A stretch of 64,000 bases of DNA from IMG/VR virus record IMGVR_UViG_3300042114_000045, positions 32,001-96,000 of that record; one strand, 5' to 3'. The DNA is from a virus. The position numbers and the translations under genes are program-made. The notes under the pieces were generated by a model that worked only from the letters and a program-made list of their open reading frames with translations, did no database searches and was not told the origin of the DNA. Positions 41,676 through 50,952 of the stretch are shown in pieces. How positions within the stretch are numbered: position 1 is the first letter of the stretch; the number at the start of each line of letters is the position of its first letter.

Positions 41676-43094
41676 ATGTTCGTAGATGAATTATTAAACA
41701 AAACAACAACTCAAAATGGTGCAGTGACACATAAGTCATCGCTAAACGCATGCCTAGACCTATTCAGTATGGGTGTATCAGGTAATAAAGCATTACTTAT
41801 TGAAGCTGCTCTTAAAGAAGATCCAATTACTGCTATCAAAGCAGTTCTATATCTACGAGATTGTAGAGGTGGTCAAGGTAATAAAGATATCGCAAGAGAA
41901 TTCCATAAAGTAGTTATTCAAAAATTAGCTACTTGGGAAGCATTTATGACTGGCTACATAAAACTATTACCATTCCTACCAGAGTTAGGTAGCTGGAAAG
42001 ACATCTACGACTTATACGGTAGAAACGCAATGATGAACAATGAAATCTTAAAACTTGTTACACAAGCAATTAAAGATAACAATGGATTAGCTGCAAAATG
42101 GTTCCCAAGACAATCTCAATTTCATAAAGACTACTGTGAATACGTAGGTAAAGACTTAGGTACAGTTAGAAGACAAATAACAAAACTTACAAAAGTAGTT
42201 GAAACTAAAATGTGTTCACAAAATTGGCATGAAATAAATTACTCACAAGTACCATCAATTGCTAACAAAAAATACAACAAAGCTTTCAAAAGAAACGATA
42301 GCAGTAGATATGAGCAATTCCTTAACAAAGCCGTAGCTGGTGAAGTAAAAGTAAATGCTGCACAATTATACCCTCACGAAATTACTTATAAAGCAAAACG
42401 AGGTGGAACTGAGTCAAAACAAGCAGATGCATTGTGGAAAAATCTACCAAACTATATGGCAGATAACCAAACAAATATCCTACCAGTAATTGATACTTCA
42501 GGTTCAATGACATCTACGGCGTATAGCCCATACTCTTGTATGGATATAGCAATTGGTCTAGGTTTATACTTCTCTGAGCATAATACTGGAGAATTTAAAG
42601 ATGTCTGGTGTAACTTTGATACAAACCCTAAGTTTAAAAAACTTACTGGTTCAACACTTTCTGAAAGAGTTAGAACTTTAGACTATAACAACTGGGGTGG
42701 TTCAACAAATATTCAAGCAGTATTTGACACAATCTTACCAATCGCAATCAGAAATCCAGAAACTTGTCCAAAAGCAATTATCATCGTATCTGATATAGAA
42801 TTCAACGAAGCAAATAGACGAGGAATGACTAACTTTGAAGCAATTAAAGATAAATATGCAGCAGCTGGTCTTGTAGCACCTACAGTTATCTTTTGGAGAG
42901 TGAATGTAAAAGTTTCTCAACAACCAGTAACAGCACACTCAACAGGTGCAGTATTAATCAACGGATTTTCTCCAGCGATTATGAAATTACTTTGTAGCTT
43001 TGATTTAGAAACATTAACGGATATTACTCCATTAAGTTTGATGCACAAAGCATTAGAAAAATATAAATTTGTTAATGAGTTGTTTGTAGCTTAG
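41676..43094 (+). CDS. DUF2828-family protein (Ro60/TROVE-like helical domain plus vWA)
   Basis: TQNGA...SSLNACLDLF, LRDCRGGQG, GSWKD, AAKWFPR, VPS.A, LYPHEI, vWA MIDAS DTSGSM, GGSTNIQAVF, SDIEF, IFW, GFS. Confidence 0.85.
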   Translation: MFVDELLNKTTTQNGAVTHKSSLNACLDLFSMGVSGNKALLIEAALKEDPITAIKAVLYLRDCRGGQGNKDIAREFHKVVIQKLATWEAFMTGYIKLLPFLPELGSWKDIYDLYGRNAMMNNEILKLVTQAIKDNNGLAAKWFPRQSQFHKDYCEYVGKDLGTVRRQITKLTKVVETKMCSQNWHEINYSQVPSIANKKYNKAFKRNDSSRYEQFLNKAVAGEVKVNAAQLYPHEITYKAKRGGTESKQADALWKNLPNYMADNQTNILPVIDTSGSMTSTAYSPYSCMDIAIGLGLYFSEHNTGEFKDVWCNFDTNPKFKKLTGSTLSERVRTLDYNNWGGSTNIQAVFDTILPIAIRNPETCPKAIIIVSDIEFNEANRRGMTNFEAIKDKYAAAGLVAPTVIFWRVNVKVSQQPVTAHSTGAVLINGFSPAIMKLLCSFDLETLTDITPLSLMHKALEKYKFVNELFVA

Positions 43095-43445
43095 TAACTA
43101 CTCATAAGGAGTCAGTAATGGCAGACAAAACAAAACAAGAAATAGATTTAGAAAAACTCAAAGAAAATCAAAAGCAACTAGTTACTTGGCTAGAAAACCA
43201 AAGAAGAACTAGTCAAAGCCATATAGGCTTTTCAGCTTTTGACTCAGTTATAACGTTTATAAACAACGATTATAAGGACTTGAGGCAAGAAGTATGCTAA
43301 CATTTATTTCAATAATTAAGGCAGAGTTTCTTGCATTCTACTATTCAGGAGAGGTTATATACCACCATATTAACAAACACAATCAATGGGAGTTTATTAT
43401 TGTTGGTACATATAGAACATTATACAGAAGTAAAGGATTAAGATA

Positions 43446-44462
43446 ATGAAACATCATTTAGGCTCTATACTATTTTCAATAGTAACGGCAATTTTAATAT
43501 TCGGCTATGGCTTTGCTATAGAAGGAATAAACACAGGTCTACAGTTTTTAGTAGTAATTCTAGCACTATCAGTTTTAGAAGTATCACTATCGTTTGATAA
43601 TGCAGTTGCAAATGCAAGGGTATTAGCTACAATGGATAAAGTATGGCAGCAACGCTTTTTAACTTGGGGTATGCTTATAGCAGTATTTGGTATGAGAATT
43701 GTATTCCCGTTAATTATAGTTGCTATAGCAGGTTCAATAAGTATGTTTGATGCATTAACGTTAGCAATGTATGAACCATTAAAATATGCAGAAGTACTGA
43801 CTAGTGCAGAAGTTTTAATTAAAGGATTCGGAGGAGCATTCTTACTACTTGTAGGTTTAGAATTCTTCTTTGATGAAGAAAAAGAAAATCACTGGATTAA
43901 ACCAGTAGAAAGTAAACTAATTAAATTAGGTGCTTTAAAATCATCAGCTATCGTCATAACGCTAATAGTACTTTCATATTTCAGTACACTATTGCCTATT
44001 GAAGAAGCAAAAGAACTTTTAGTATCAGGTGTACTTGGTATTATAGCTCATGAAATTATAAAAAGTTTCGGAGAACTAGTAGGAGAAGAAGATGCTACAA
44101 CTACGGTGGCAAAAGCAGGGCTTATGTCATTCTTATACTTAGAGATTTTAGATGCTTCATTCTCATTTGATGGGGTTATTGGTGCATTCGCAATTAGTAC
44201 AAATATATTTGTAATAGCAGCAGGTTTAGGTATTGGTGCAATGTTCGTAAGATCATTAACAATACATTTAGTGGAAGCAGGTACTTTAGCTGAATACAAA
44301 TTCTTAGAGCACGGAGCATTCTGGTCAATCATTGTACTAGCATTTATCATGTTCGCTGGAACAGTAATGCATATTTCAGAAATCATTACAGGTGTGCTAT
44401 CAGTAGCATTAATAGGAATAGCGTTAGCTCATTCAATTTACAACAATAAAAAAGGTATTTAA
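43446..44462 (+). CDS. TerC-like membrane protein (DUF475)
   Basis: LEVSLSFDNAV.NA, WGMLIAVFGMR, YLEILDASFSFDGVIGAFA, LEHGA. Confidence 0.88.
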   Translation: MKHHLGSILFSIVTAILIFGYGFAIEGINTGLQFLVVILALSVLEVSLSFDNAVANARVLATMDKVWQQRFLTWGMLIAVFGMRIVFPLIIVAIAGSISMFDALTLAMYEPLKYAEVLTSAEVLIKGFGGAFLLLVGLEFFFDEEKENHWIKPVESKLIKLGALKSSAIVITLIVLSYFSTLLPIEEAKELLVSGVLGIIAHEIIKSFGELVGEEDATTTVAKAGLMSFLYLEILDASFSFDGVIGAFAISTNIFVIAAGLGIGAMFVRSLTIHLVEAGTLAEYKFLEHGAFWSIIVLAFIMFAGTVMHISEIITGVLSVALIGIALAHSIYNNKKGI

Positions 44463-44463
44463 T

Positions 44464-45030
44464 ATGGTATTAGATTTAAATAAAGGTCAAGAGTTTAATC
44501 TTGACTTAACAAAAGAAACAAAATTTGAAATTGCTCTCCAATGGGGCTACAACAGAACTGGCGTAGATATGGACTTAGATGTATCTGCATTCTTGCTTAA
44601 CGAATCAGCTGGTAAAAATAAATTACTTGATATGGGTAATGCAGTTTACTTTAAAAACAAAGAGTCAAAAGATAAATCAGTAAGATTATCTGGTGATAGT
44701 AGAGATGGTGCAGCAGAAAAAGATGACGAAGTTATCTATGTTGATACAAGTAAAATTGCATCTGACGTGTCAAGAATTCAAATCTATGTTAATATTTTTG
44801 CTCCAAAAGTATCATTCAGAGAAGTTCAAACAGCATTAGCAATCGTTAGAACTGGTAACACAGTACTTGCAACAGTAAATATGTCAACTGATTTCCAAAA
44901 TGAAAACAGTATTCTAGTTGGGTTTATCTCAAAAGTTAATGGTAACTGGACTTTCACTGCAGGTGGAGAAGGTTATATTATTACCGATTTGAACACAATC
45001 GTAGCAGCATTAAATAAAGAAGGAGTATAG
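44464..45030 (+). CDS. terD: TerD-family stress protein
   Basis: L.KGQ, L.W, DLDVSAFLL, VYF.N, GDSRDG...DDE.I.VD, W.F.A.GEG. Confidence 0.85.
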   Translation: MVLDLNKGQEFNLDLTKETKFEIALQWGYNRTGVDMDLDVSAFLLNESAGKNKLLDMGNAVYFKNKESKDKSVRLSGDSRDGAAEKDDEVIYVDTSKIASDVSRIQIYVNIFAPKVSFREVQTALAIVRTGNTVLATVNMSTDFQNENSILVGFISKVNGNWTFTAGGEGYIITDLNTIVAALNKEGV

Positions 45031-45031
45031 T

Positions 45032-45637
45032 ATGCAACTAGACTTAGAAAAAGGTATGTCATTAGACTTAAGTAAACAACCAGGTGGTCTAACAACAATG
45101 GACATCGGTGTTACTTGGGGAAAACAAATTATTGAAAAAACGTCAAGTGGACTATTCGGAATCGGTAGCAAAACTTCAACTGAAGAAAAAGATGTAGACT
45201 TAGATCTATCATTATTTGTTTACTCAGACTCAGGGTTAATTGATAAAGTATACTTCAACAATAAAAGAATTGCTGGTGTAGTACACAGTGGTGATGATTT
45301 AATCGGTGGTGTAAAATCAAAAGATAACGAAACAATCAGAGTTGACTTTAATAGTTTACCTGCTAAAGCAACAAAATTAGTTGCTGTTCTTGTGTCTTAC
45401 AACAAAGTTCCGTTTAAAGAACTTAATACTGCTGAACTAAGAACATATGATACATCTGTTAATCCAAGAGCTGTAATGACTGAAACAAAAATTACAACAC
45501 AAACATTTGGTAATGCATCTTCAATGATATTCTGTAAAATAGAATTAAAAGACAATAGCTGGGTTATTACTGCAATTGGTGAACCATCTTCAGCTACAAG
45601 TATTTCAGAAATAGAAACATTCGCACGAAGAGCGTAA
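45032..45637 (+). CDS. TerD/TerZ-family stress protein
   Basis: L.KG.SL.L, DLDLS, VYFNN, HSGDDL.GG..DNETI.VD, W.I.AIGE. Confidence 0.85.
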   Translation: MQLDLEKGMSLDLSKQPGGLTTMDIGVTWGKQIIEKTSSGLFGIGSKTSTEEKDVDLDLSLFVYSDSGLIDKVYFNNKRIAGVVHSGDDLIGGVKSKDNETIRVDFNSLPAKATKLVAVLVSYNKVPFKELNTAELRTYDTSVNPRAVMTETKITTQTFGNASSMIFCKIELKDNSWVITAIGEPSSATSISEIETFARRA

Positions 45638-45646
45638 GGAATAAAA

Positions 45647-46708
45647 ATGCTACAAGCTACAAAAACAACATTTGATATAACTGATGTAGAGGTATCAAAT
45701 TCAAAACAACTTGTTATCTCTCCCGAGATAAAAAATAAACTACAAGTAATTACACTTTCGAATCCAGAAGCTTTAAACACTTTTGGAGAAGAAACTGCTA
45801 ATGTATTAAAAAATTTATCAAATGATATGTCAGTTGATTCAAAACTAAAAGATATGGGAGAGGTAGGTACTAAAATAAATGACCTACTTAAAAAAGCAAA
45901 GAGTTTAGATCCTTCTGTACTTTTAGCAAAACCAGGCTTCTTCGGTAAACTATTTGGTAAAATCAAAGATCCAATTGACACATTTGCAAATAATCAAAAA
46001 TCAGTATCTGAATCAGTAAAACAAATTGCAGTGAAGTTATTAGATGATAGAAAAACTCTATTAGCTGATAATGTTAAATTAGATAAAGTATATGATTCAA
46101 ATGTTATTGCATTAGCTAATCTTGAACAATATATTGTAGCTGGTAATAACCATCTCGAAACTCTTAGAGAAGAATTGAGGGTATTATCTACGAGTCAATC
46201 TGACTCAGTAGGATTACAAATACAGACTGGTAAAGATGTTATTAGTAGATTTGAGCAAAGAATTGATAGACTTAATTCATCAAGAGCTATTGTACTTAGA
46301 CAATTACCTCAAATTCGTATTATGCAAAACTCTAACTTTAGAGAAGCAGAAACTATACAAGATACAGTTAATACCGCAATACCAGTATGGGAACAACAAA
46401 TTAGTTTATATATAACCCAACTACGTACTAAACTAGCTTTAGAAAACGAAAGAAGTGTAAATAAAATGATAAATGAAACAATAAGTGCTTCAGCAGCATT
46501 AACACATCAAAATACAGTTGAAATTGCAAACGCAAGTAACAACTCTTTAATAGATTTATCTACTATTCAAACAGTACAAGATAATCTAATTAAATCAATT
46601 GATGTTATGGCTGCTACAGCAGAAACAGGTAGACAAAAAAGACTTGAGTCATTCAACGCAATAGCATTAATGGATACTCAGTTAAAAGAAAACCTTTCAA
46701 AAAGATAA
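45647..46708 (+). CDS. telA: TelA/KlaB toxic-anion resistance protein
   Basis: FG....., GFFGKLFGK, QLPQIRIMQNSN, TAIPVW, coiled-coil; follows the ter genes. Confidence 0.8.
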   Translation: MLQATKTTFDITDVEVSNSKQLVISPEIKNKLQVITLSNPEALNTFGEETANVLKNLSNDMSVDSKLKDMGEVGTKINDLLKKAKSLDPSVLLAKPGFFGKLFGKIKDPIDTFANNQKSVSESVKQIAVKLLDDRKTLLADNVKLDKVYDSNVIALANLEQYIVAGNNHLETLREELRVLSTSQSDSVGLQIQTGKDVISRFEQRIDRLNSSRAIVLRQLPQIRIMQNSNFREAETIQDTVNTAIPVWEQQISLYITQLRTKLALENERSVNKMINETISASAALTHQNTVEIANASNNSLIDLSTIQTVQDNLIKSIDVMAATAETGRQKRLESFNAIALMDTQLKENLSKR

Positions 46709-46719
46709 GGAAATAAACC

Positions 46720-47496
46720 ATGCTAGTAGCTACTAAAGTACTCCCTATGCTTCAAGCTAGTACTAGCATAAATACTTCTTTACCACAACAACAGTTAGAG
46801 GTATCTTTAGATTTTAATTATTCATTTCTTAAAACAAAGATACCAAATTTAACAATGATTTTATATGATGATATTAAAAATTATCTTAGTAACTTTAAAA
46901 AAGAAGTAGTGCTATCACTAGACTTTAATTTTTTAAATAGCTTTGGAAATAAACATCAACATGACATAACAATGTTATCGTCTAAGATTATAGAGTTAAA
47001 TAATGTTGTTACATTTGAACAAACACTTAACAAAGTAAGAACACAAATAACTAGTAAATCAATATTTAGTACAAAATTAATAGTTGAATCTTCAACGGCA
47101 TTATCTTTGTTACAAAATAATATTTTAACTGTACAAGCTACACTAGCTACGTCAATAGGAAGCGTGAAGAACAATCTATCCGTATTAGAAAAGGATTTAA
47201 GAGAAGTTACAGTTTATTATGATATACTTCTATTTATATATAACTATATAATAGATAATAACATATTAACTAAACAACAGATAGAATCAGTAGATTTATT
47301 TATTACTAGAACTAATAGTCTAAAAACATCTTGTATTATAGCAAGTCAACTACAAATGACAATGCAAAATATACTAAACTCATTAGAACTAGAACAAAAA
47401 CAATGTAGTACTTTTTTAAATATAACAATACCAGCATTTGTAGCTTTGCAGTTAAATGATCCAAATAAATTAAAAGAAACTCTATTAACGTTATAA
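46720..47496 (+). CDS. Helical protein, possible degenerate TelA/KlaA partner
   Basis: LNSFG..HQ, ITIPA motifs echo TelA; operon position. Confidence 0.4.
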   Translation: MLVATKVLPMLQASTSINTSLPQQQLEVSLDFNYSFLKTKIPNLTMILYDDIKNYLSNFKKEVVLSLDFNFLNSFGNKHQHDITMLSSKIIELNNVVTFEQTLNKVRTQITSKSIFSTKLIVESSTALSLLQNNILTVQATLATSIGSVKNNLSVLEKDLREVTVYYDILLFIYNYIIDNNILTKQQIESVDLFITRTNSLKTSCIIASQLQMTMQNILNSLELEQKQCSTFLNITIPAFVALQLNDPNKLKETLLTL

Positions 47497-47756
47497 GGAT
47501 AACAATTGAATAAAGAACAAATAGATAAGGCTATACAACTTATACCAACTTACACAGATGATGATTTAGTCCATAACTGGAAATGTGCAACAGCGATGAA
47601 AGCAAACTCAGATAGACTGTTACTAAAACCATTTATAACTGCGATAGAATCAGAACGGAAAAAAAGAGGTAAAGTGATAGAACTAGCAGATACATCAATA
47701 CACGCACCTGAATCTACAAACGTAGATACAGAAGAGGAAACTGAAGAGCCTTAAAG

Positions 47757-48008
47757 ACTTAGTGGCGGTGGGTCACAAAATTGACCATCAAGTTCTAGGA
47801 CTAATAACCTAGTGGAAGAGAGTTTAACACTCCAAGTTCTTGAACTTAAATCAAGTGGTACCCTCAGTAATGGGGCAGTTATCGGACTTAAACCGATTGG
47901 TGGAGTTTACTACCAAGTAAACCTTATGACCTAGCTAGAAGTCATTAAAAGCTGCAGTAGAAGTTTTGTTAGCTAGCCTGGACTACATAAAAACCAGAAA
48001 ACTAACAC
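47757..48008 (+). ncRNA. Multi-hairpin structured RNA candidate upstream of tmRNA
   Basis: At least eight consecutive short hairpins and a pseudoknot-like TGAC-CTAGCTAGAA-GTCA...AGCT. Confidence 0.45.
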
Positions 48009-48011
48009 TAT

Positions 48012-48341
48012 GGGGATGTCCTGGCATCGACTAGAGCATCAAGCTACCTATGTGCTATCCAGTTGTAGAACTGTAAAACTACACCAAAATTTTAAATGCA
48101 AACAATGTAAACTACAGATCAGCTCAATTCGTAAGAGTTGCTGCTTAATCTATAGCCTGGTCCCACTATATTACCAAACGGGACTGTTTCGTCGAAAGAC
48201 ACCTCTCATATATACAAATATGCAGTATTAAAATGTATATCAGTCCGCAGCTACTGAACAAGCGACCAATTTAGTATGATAGCTAAAAGCATGGATGCAA
48301 GGTGTTTTAACACACGGGTTCGACTCCCGTCATCTCCACCA
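48012..48341 (+). ncRNA. ssrA: tmRNA
   Basis: GGGGATG 5' end pairs with CATCTCC-ACCA; T arm GGGTTCGACTCCC; pk1; tag ORF 48098-48148 ANNVNYRSAQFVRVAA*. Confidence 0.9.
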
Positions 48342-48343
48342 AT

Positions 48344-48432
48344 GGATAGATAGCCTAATGGTAAGGCACCAGCCTTGAAAGCTGGCGATAGAAGAAATTC
48401 TATTGAGAGTTCGAGTCTCTCTCTATCCTCCA
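48344..48432 (+). tRNA. tRNA-Ser(UGA)
   Basis: CCAGC-CTTGAAA-GCTGG, long variable arm, CCA. Confidence 0.88.
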
Positions 48433-48433
48433 T

Positions 48434-48508
48434 TCAAAGATAGTTCAACCGGGCAGAACAACAACCAGGGGGTTGTAGTTATAGGTTCAAATCCTGTTCT
48501 TTGATCCA
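48434..48508 (+). ncRNA. tRNA-like RNA with abnormal anticodon loop (CAGGGG)
   Basis: TCAAAGA/TCTTTGA acceptor, D and T arms, CCA; 6-nt loop lacking U33. Confidence 0.65.
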
Positions 48509-48513
48509 AATAA

Positions 48514-48590
48514 GGACCTGTAGCTTAAACGTAAAAGCCCTCGCCTCATAAGCGAAGAGATTTCATGACGTAACATGAATGGGTCCACCA
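48514..48590 (+). tRNA. tRNA with CAU anticodon and non-canonical T-loop (ACGTAA)
   Basis: GGACCTG/TGGGTCC acceptor, loop CTCATAA, TTCATG-ACGTAA-CATGAA, ACCA. Confidence 0.7.
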
Positions 48591-48591
48591 C

Positions 48592-48679
48592 GGAGAGTTG
48601 AGAGAGTGGTTTATTCTACCTCTTTGCTAAAGAGGCGTAGTTTCGGCTACCATAGGTTCAAATCCTATACTCTCCTCCA
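48592..48679 (+). tRNA. tRNA-Ser(GCU)
   Basis: CCTCT-TTGCTAA-AGAGG, variable arm, CCA. Confidence 0.88.
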
Positions 48680-48689
48680 TTTTTCATAT

Positions 48690-48811
48690 GATACTGTAGC
48701 TCAGCGGTAGAGCGCTAAAAAATGTTTCCTGTATTGACTTAGGAAATGCACTGCAATAAAACTTATTCACTTATAATGAAGCGGTCGGTGGTTCGAATCC
48801 ATCCAGTATCT
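48690..48811 (+). ncRNA. Second tRNA scaffold carrying an ACTGCAA module plus anticodon-like hairpin
   Basis: GATACTG/CAGTATC acceptor, canonical D and T arms; insert TGTTTCCT..AGGAAATG-C-ACTGCAA...TTCA-CTTATAA-TGAA. Confidence 0.65.
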
Positions 48812-48931
48812 TTACGGGACTAGTCATCCCATCTTTAATCAATTATTAAGGATAAAGTTACTATAATTAGTAACAAACGTTAAATCTCTGTACAGAAGTA
48901 TTGAACTACTGTGTTACATTTAACTTTTCTT

Positions 48932-49015
48932 GGGAGTGTAGACCTCTAAGGAGCAGGGCCGGATTGTAAATCCGGATCGTAAGACCGCCAGGATCGTTAC
49001 CTGGAATTCCCACCA
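48932..49015 (+). tRNA. tRNA-Tyr(GUA)
   Basis: CCGGA-TTGTAAA-TCCGG, variable arm, variant T-loop ATCGTTA, ACCA. Confidence 0.8.
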
Positions 49016-49078
49016 TTTAATAAACAATTAAGAAATTTATTGGTATACTCATGTATAAATTATTACATAGGGTTAACA

Positions 49079-49555
49079 ATGAAATACAATAAAGAAAATT
49101 TAACAATAGCGGCTAAAAATAACGATACAATAAGTGATGTTGTAAGAACTATAACCGGTAAAAGTATAGCCTCACCAAGTTCAATAAACTTAGTTAGTAA
49201 AAAATTAAAAGAGTATGGTATAGATACATCTCATTTTATAGGATCAAGTAAAGGTTCGCTTAATTTAAAAGTAGAAAAACGAACATTTGAAGAAGTTTTA
49301 GTTTTTAATAAAAATCTAATAAATAGAGTTAATAGAAAAAGCTTATTATCAGCAATACTTAAAAGTAAAGTGCTGGATTATGAATGCGAAATATGTAAAA
49401 ATAAAGGCATTCATTTAGAAAAAGAACTAGTACTACAGATAGACCATAAAGATGGTAACTGGAAAAACAACAGTATAAGTAACCTACGATTTCTATGTCC
49501 AAATTGTCATTCACAAACAAGTACTTACGGGTTTAATGGTACCGTAAAATACTAG
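49079..49555 (+). CDS. HNH homing endonuclease
   Basis: CEIC...LQIDHKDGNWKNN.ISNLRFLCPNCHSQT; inserted in the RNA cluster; ATG 49079 preferred. Confidence 0.9.
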   Translation: MKYNKENLTIAAKNNDTISDVVRTITGKSIASPSSINLVSKKLKEYGIDTSHFIGSSKGSLNLKVEKRTFEEVLVFNKNLINRVNRKSLLSAILKSKVLDYECEICKNKGIHLEKELVLQIDHKDGNWKNNSISNLRFLCPNCHSQTSTYGFNGTVKY

Positions 49556-49567
49556 ATAATACCATTT

Positions 49568-50046
49568 GTAGTTACTATAGAAAACAACCAGCAATTAACA
49601 AATTATCTTTCAATTTCAAAGCTAAAACAATTGTTTTCTGTAGTGCCTACTTGGCACATCTGATTCAAGAACCCGTACATAGGGTAAGCATTGTATATGT
49701 ACACGCAGCAAAATAAACAAACAAAATTAAACAAGTAAATTTAAAACGGTTTGCCTTAAAGTCAACACTGGCATAATAAGGACTGCTTGTATACCCGAGT
49801 ATACACTTCTGATATACTGTATATATCATGAGTTAGATCCTTGCTTACCAAAAAAAACCAACTTCAAGCTTAAAACTCCCACTGAAAAAGAATATAAGCC
49901 GAGACAATAATCATCTTTGAATACCTCCTTTCTAAATAAAACTTCAAAGAATAAAGCACATTTTTTGTGCTTTACAGACAACATACAGCAATTATAAAAA
50001 CTTCAATTTTGGATTTGAAATCAACCTGTTGTCTGTAAATCACAAA
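49568..50046 (+). ncRNA. Three further (A/C/G)CAGCAA-motif stem RNAs (49568-49650, about 49689-49830, 49964-50046)
   Basis: Long terminal helices each followed by CCAGCAA, GCAGCAA or ACAGCAA. Confidence 0.6.
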
Positions 50047-50064
50047 CTAAACTAGGAAACAATA

Positions 50065-50403
50065 ATGTATATAGAACTTCAAACATTGGCATTTATTTTA
50101 ATACTACACTTCGTAGCTGACTTTATTTTACAATCAGATTATATTGCTAAAACTAAGTCATCATCATGGAAATCTCTTACTATCCATGTGAGTATATATA
50201 CTATGGTTTTGCTACTTACACTAAACCCTTTATGGGCTTTCGTTAACGGTACCCTTCACTTTTGCGTAGATGCTGTAACTTCAAGACTTACGTCAATGCT
50301 ATGGAAAGAAGGCAAGACTCATTACTTTTTCGTTGTTATTGGGTTTGACCAATTACTTCACACTCTTATGTTGGTCACAACCTATATTTATTTAACAAAT
50401 TAA
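50065..50403 (+). CDS. DUF3307-family membrane protein
   Basis: HFVADFILQ...K, H...Y, HFCVD, GFDQLLH. Confidence 0.8.
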   Translation: MYIELQTLAFILILHFVADFILQSDYIAKTKSSSWKSLTIHVSIYTMVLLLTLNPLWAFVNGTLHFCVDAVTSRLTSMLWKEGKTHYFFVVIGFDQLLHTLMLVTTYIYLTN

Positions 50404-50413
50404 AGGATTTATT

Positions 50414-50944
50414 ATGAATAAAAAATACGGTATCTACATTGGTAGACTACAACCAATGCACTTAGGTCATCAACAGATTATTAATACAATCATCTCAGAT
50501 GGTCTAGAACCGATCATAATCCTTGGTTCAGCCCAAGAGTCAGGTACAGAGAAAAATACTCTTACCGTGTCTCAGAGACGCTCTATTATCCGTAGTTGTT
50601 ACCCAGCTATGAAAGTATTTAAACTAAATGACTACCCTGATTGGAATCAATGGTTTGAACATCTAATGGATATACTAGACGGACTATCACCAAAGCGCGA
50701 AGATATCGTTATATACACACATTCAAAACCAGAAGACCTAAAAGCTTTTGAGTTCCGTGGTATTAACTACGAGTCAGAGTACTATACTCATATGTTTCAT
50801 GTAGAAGGTATGAACCTAAAAAACATTGAGTCAGCAAACTTTCCGGTAAGAGCTAGTACAATCAGAGCAGACTTAGAAAACAATAAACACTTCCTAGACG
50901 AAAAAGTCTATAACCAATTTGCAACAATAAAATATTTAAAATAG
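50414..50944 (+). CDS. NMN adenylyltransferase (NadM-like)
   Basis: IGRLQPMHLGH, ILGSAQ...KN.L...R, ASTIR. Confidence 0.85.
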   Translation: MNKKYGIYIGRLQPMHLGHQQIINTIISDGLEPIIILGSAQESGTEKNTLTVSQRRSIIRSCYPAMKVFKLNDYPDWNQWFEHLMDILDGLSPKREDIVIYTHSKPEDLKAFEFRGINYESEYYTHMFHVEGMNLKNIESANFPVRASTIRADLENNKHFLDEKVYNQFATIKYLK

Positions 50945-50952
50945 GAAAATCA

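Noticed and set aside
48010-48433. Track ORFs 48010..48231 and 48251..48433
   Set aside because: They overlap tmRNA and tRNA-Ser
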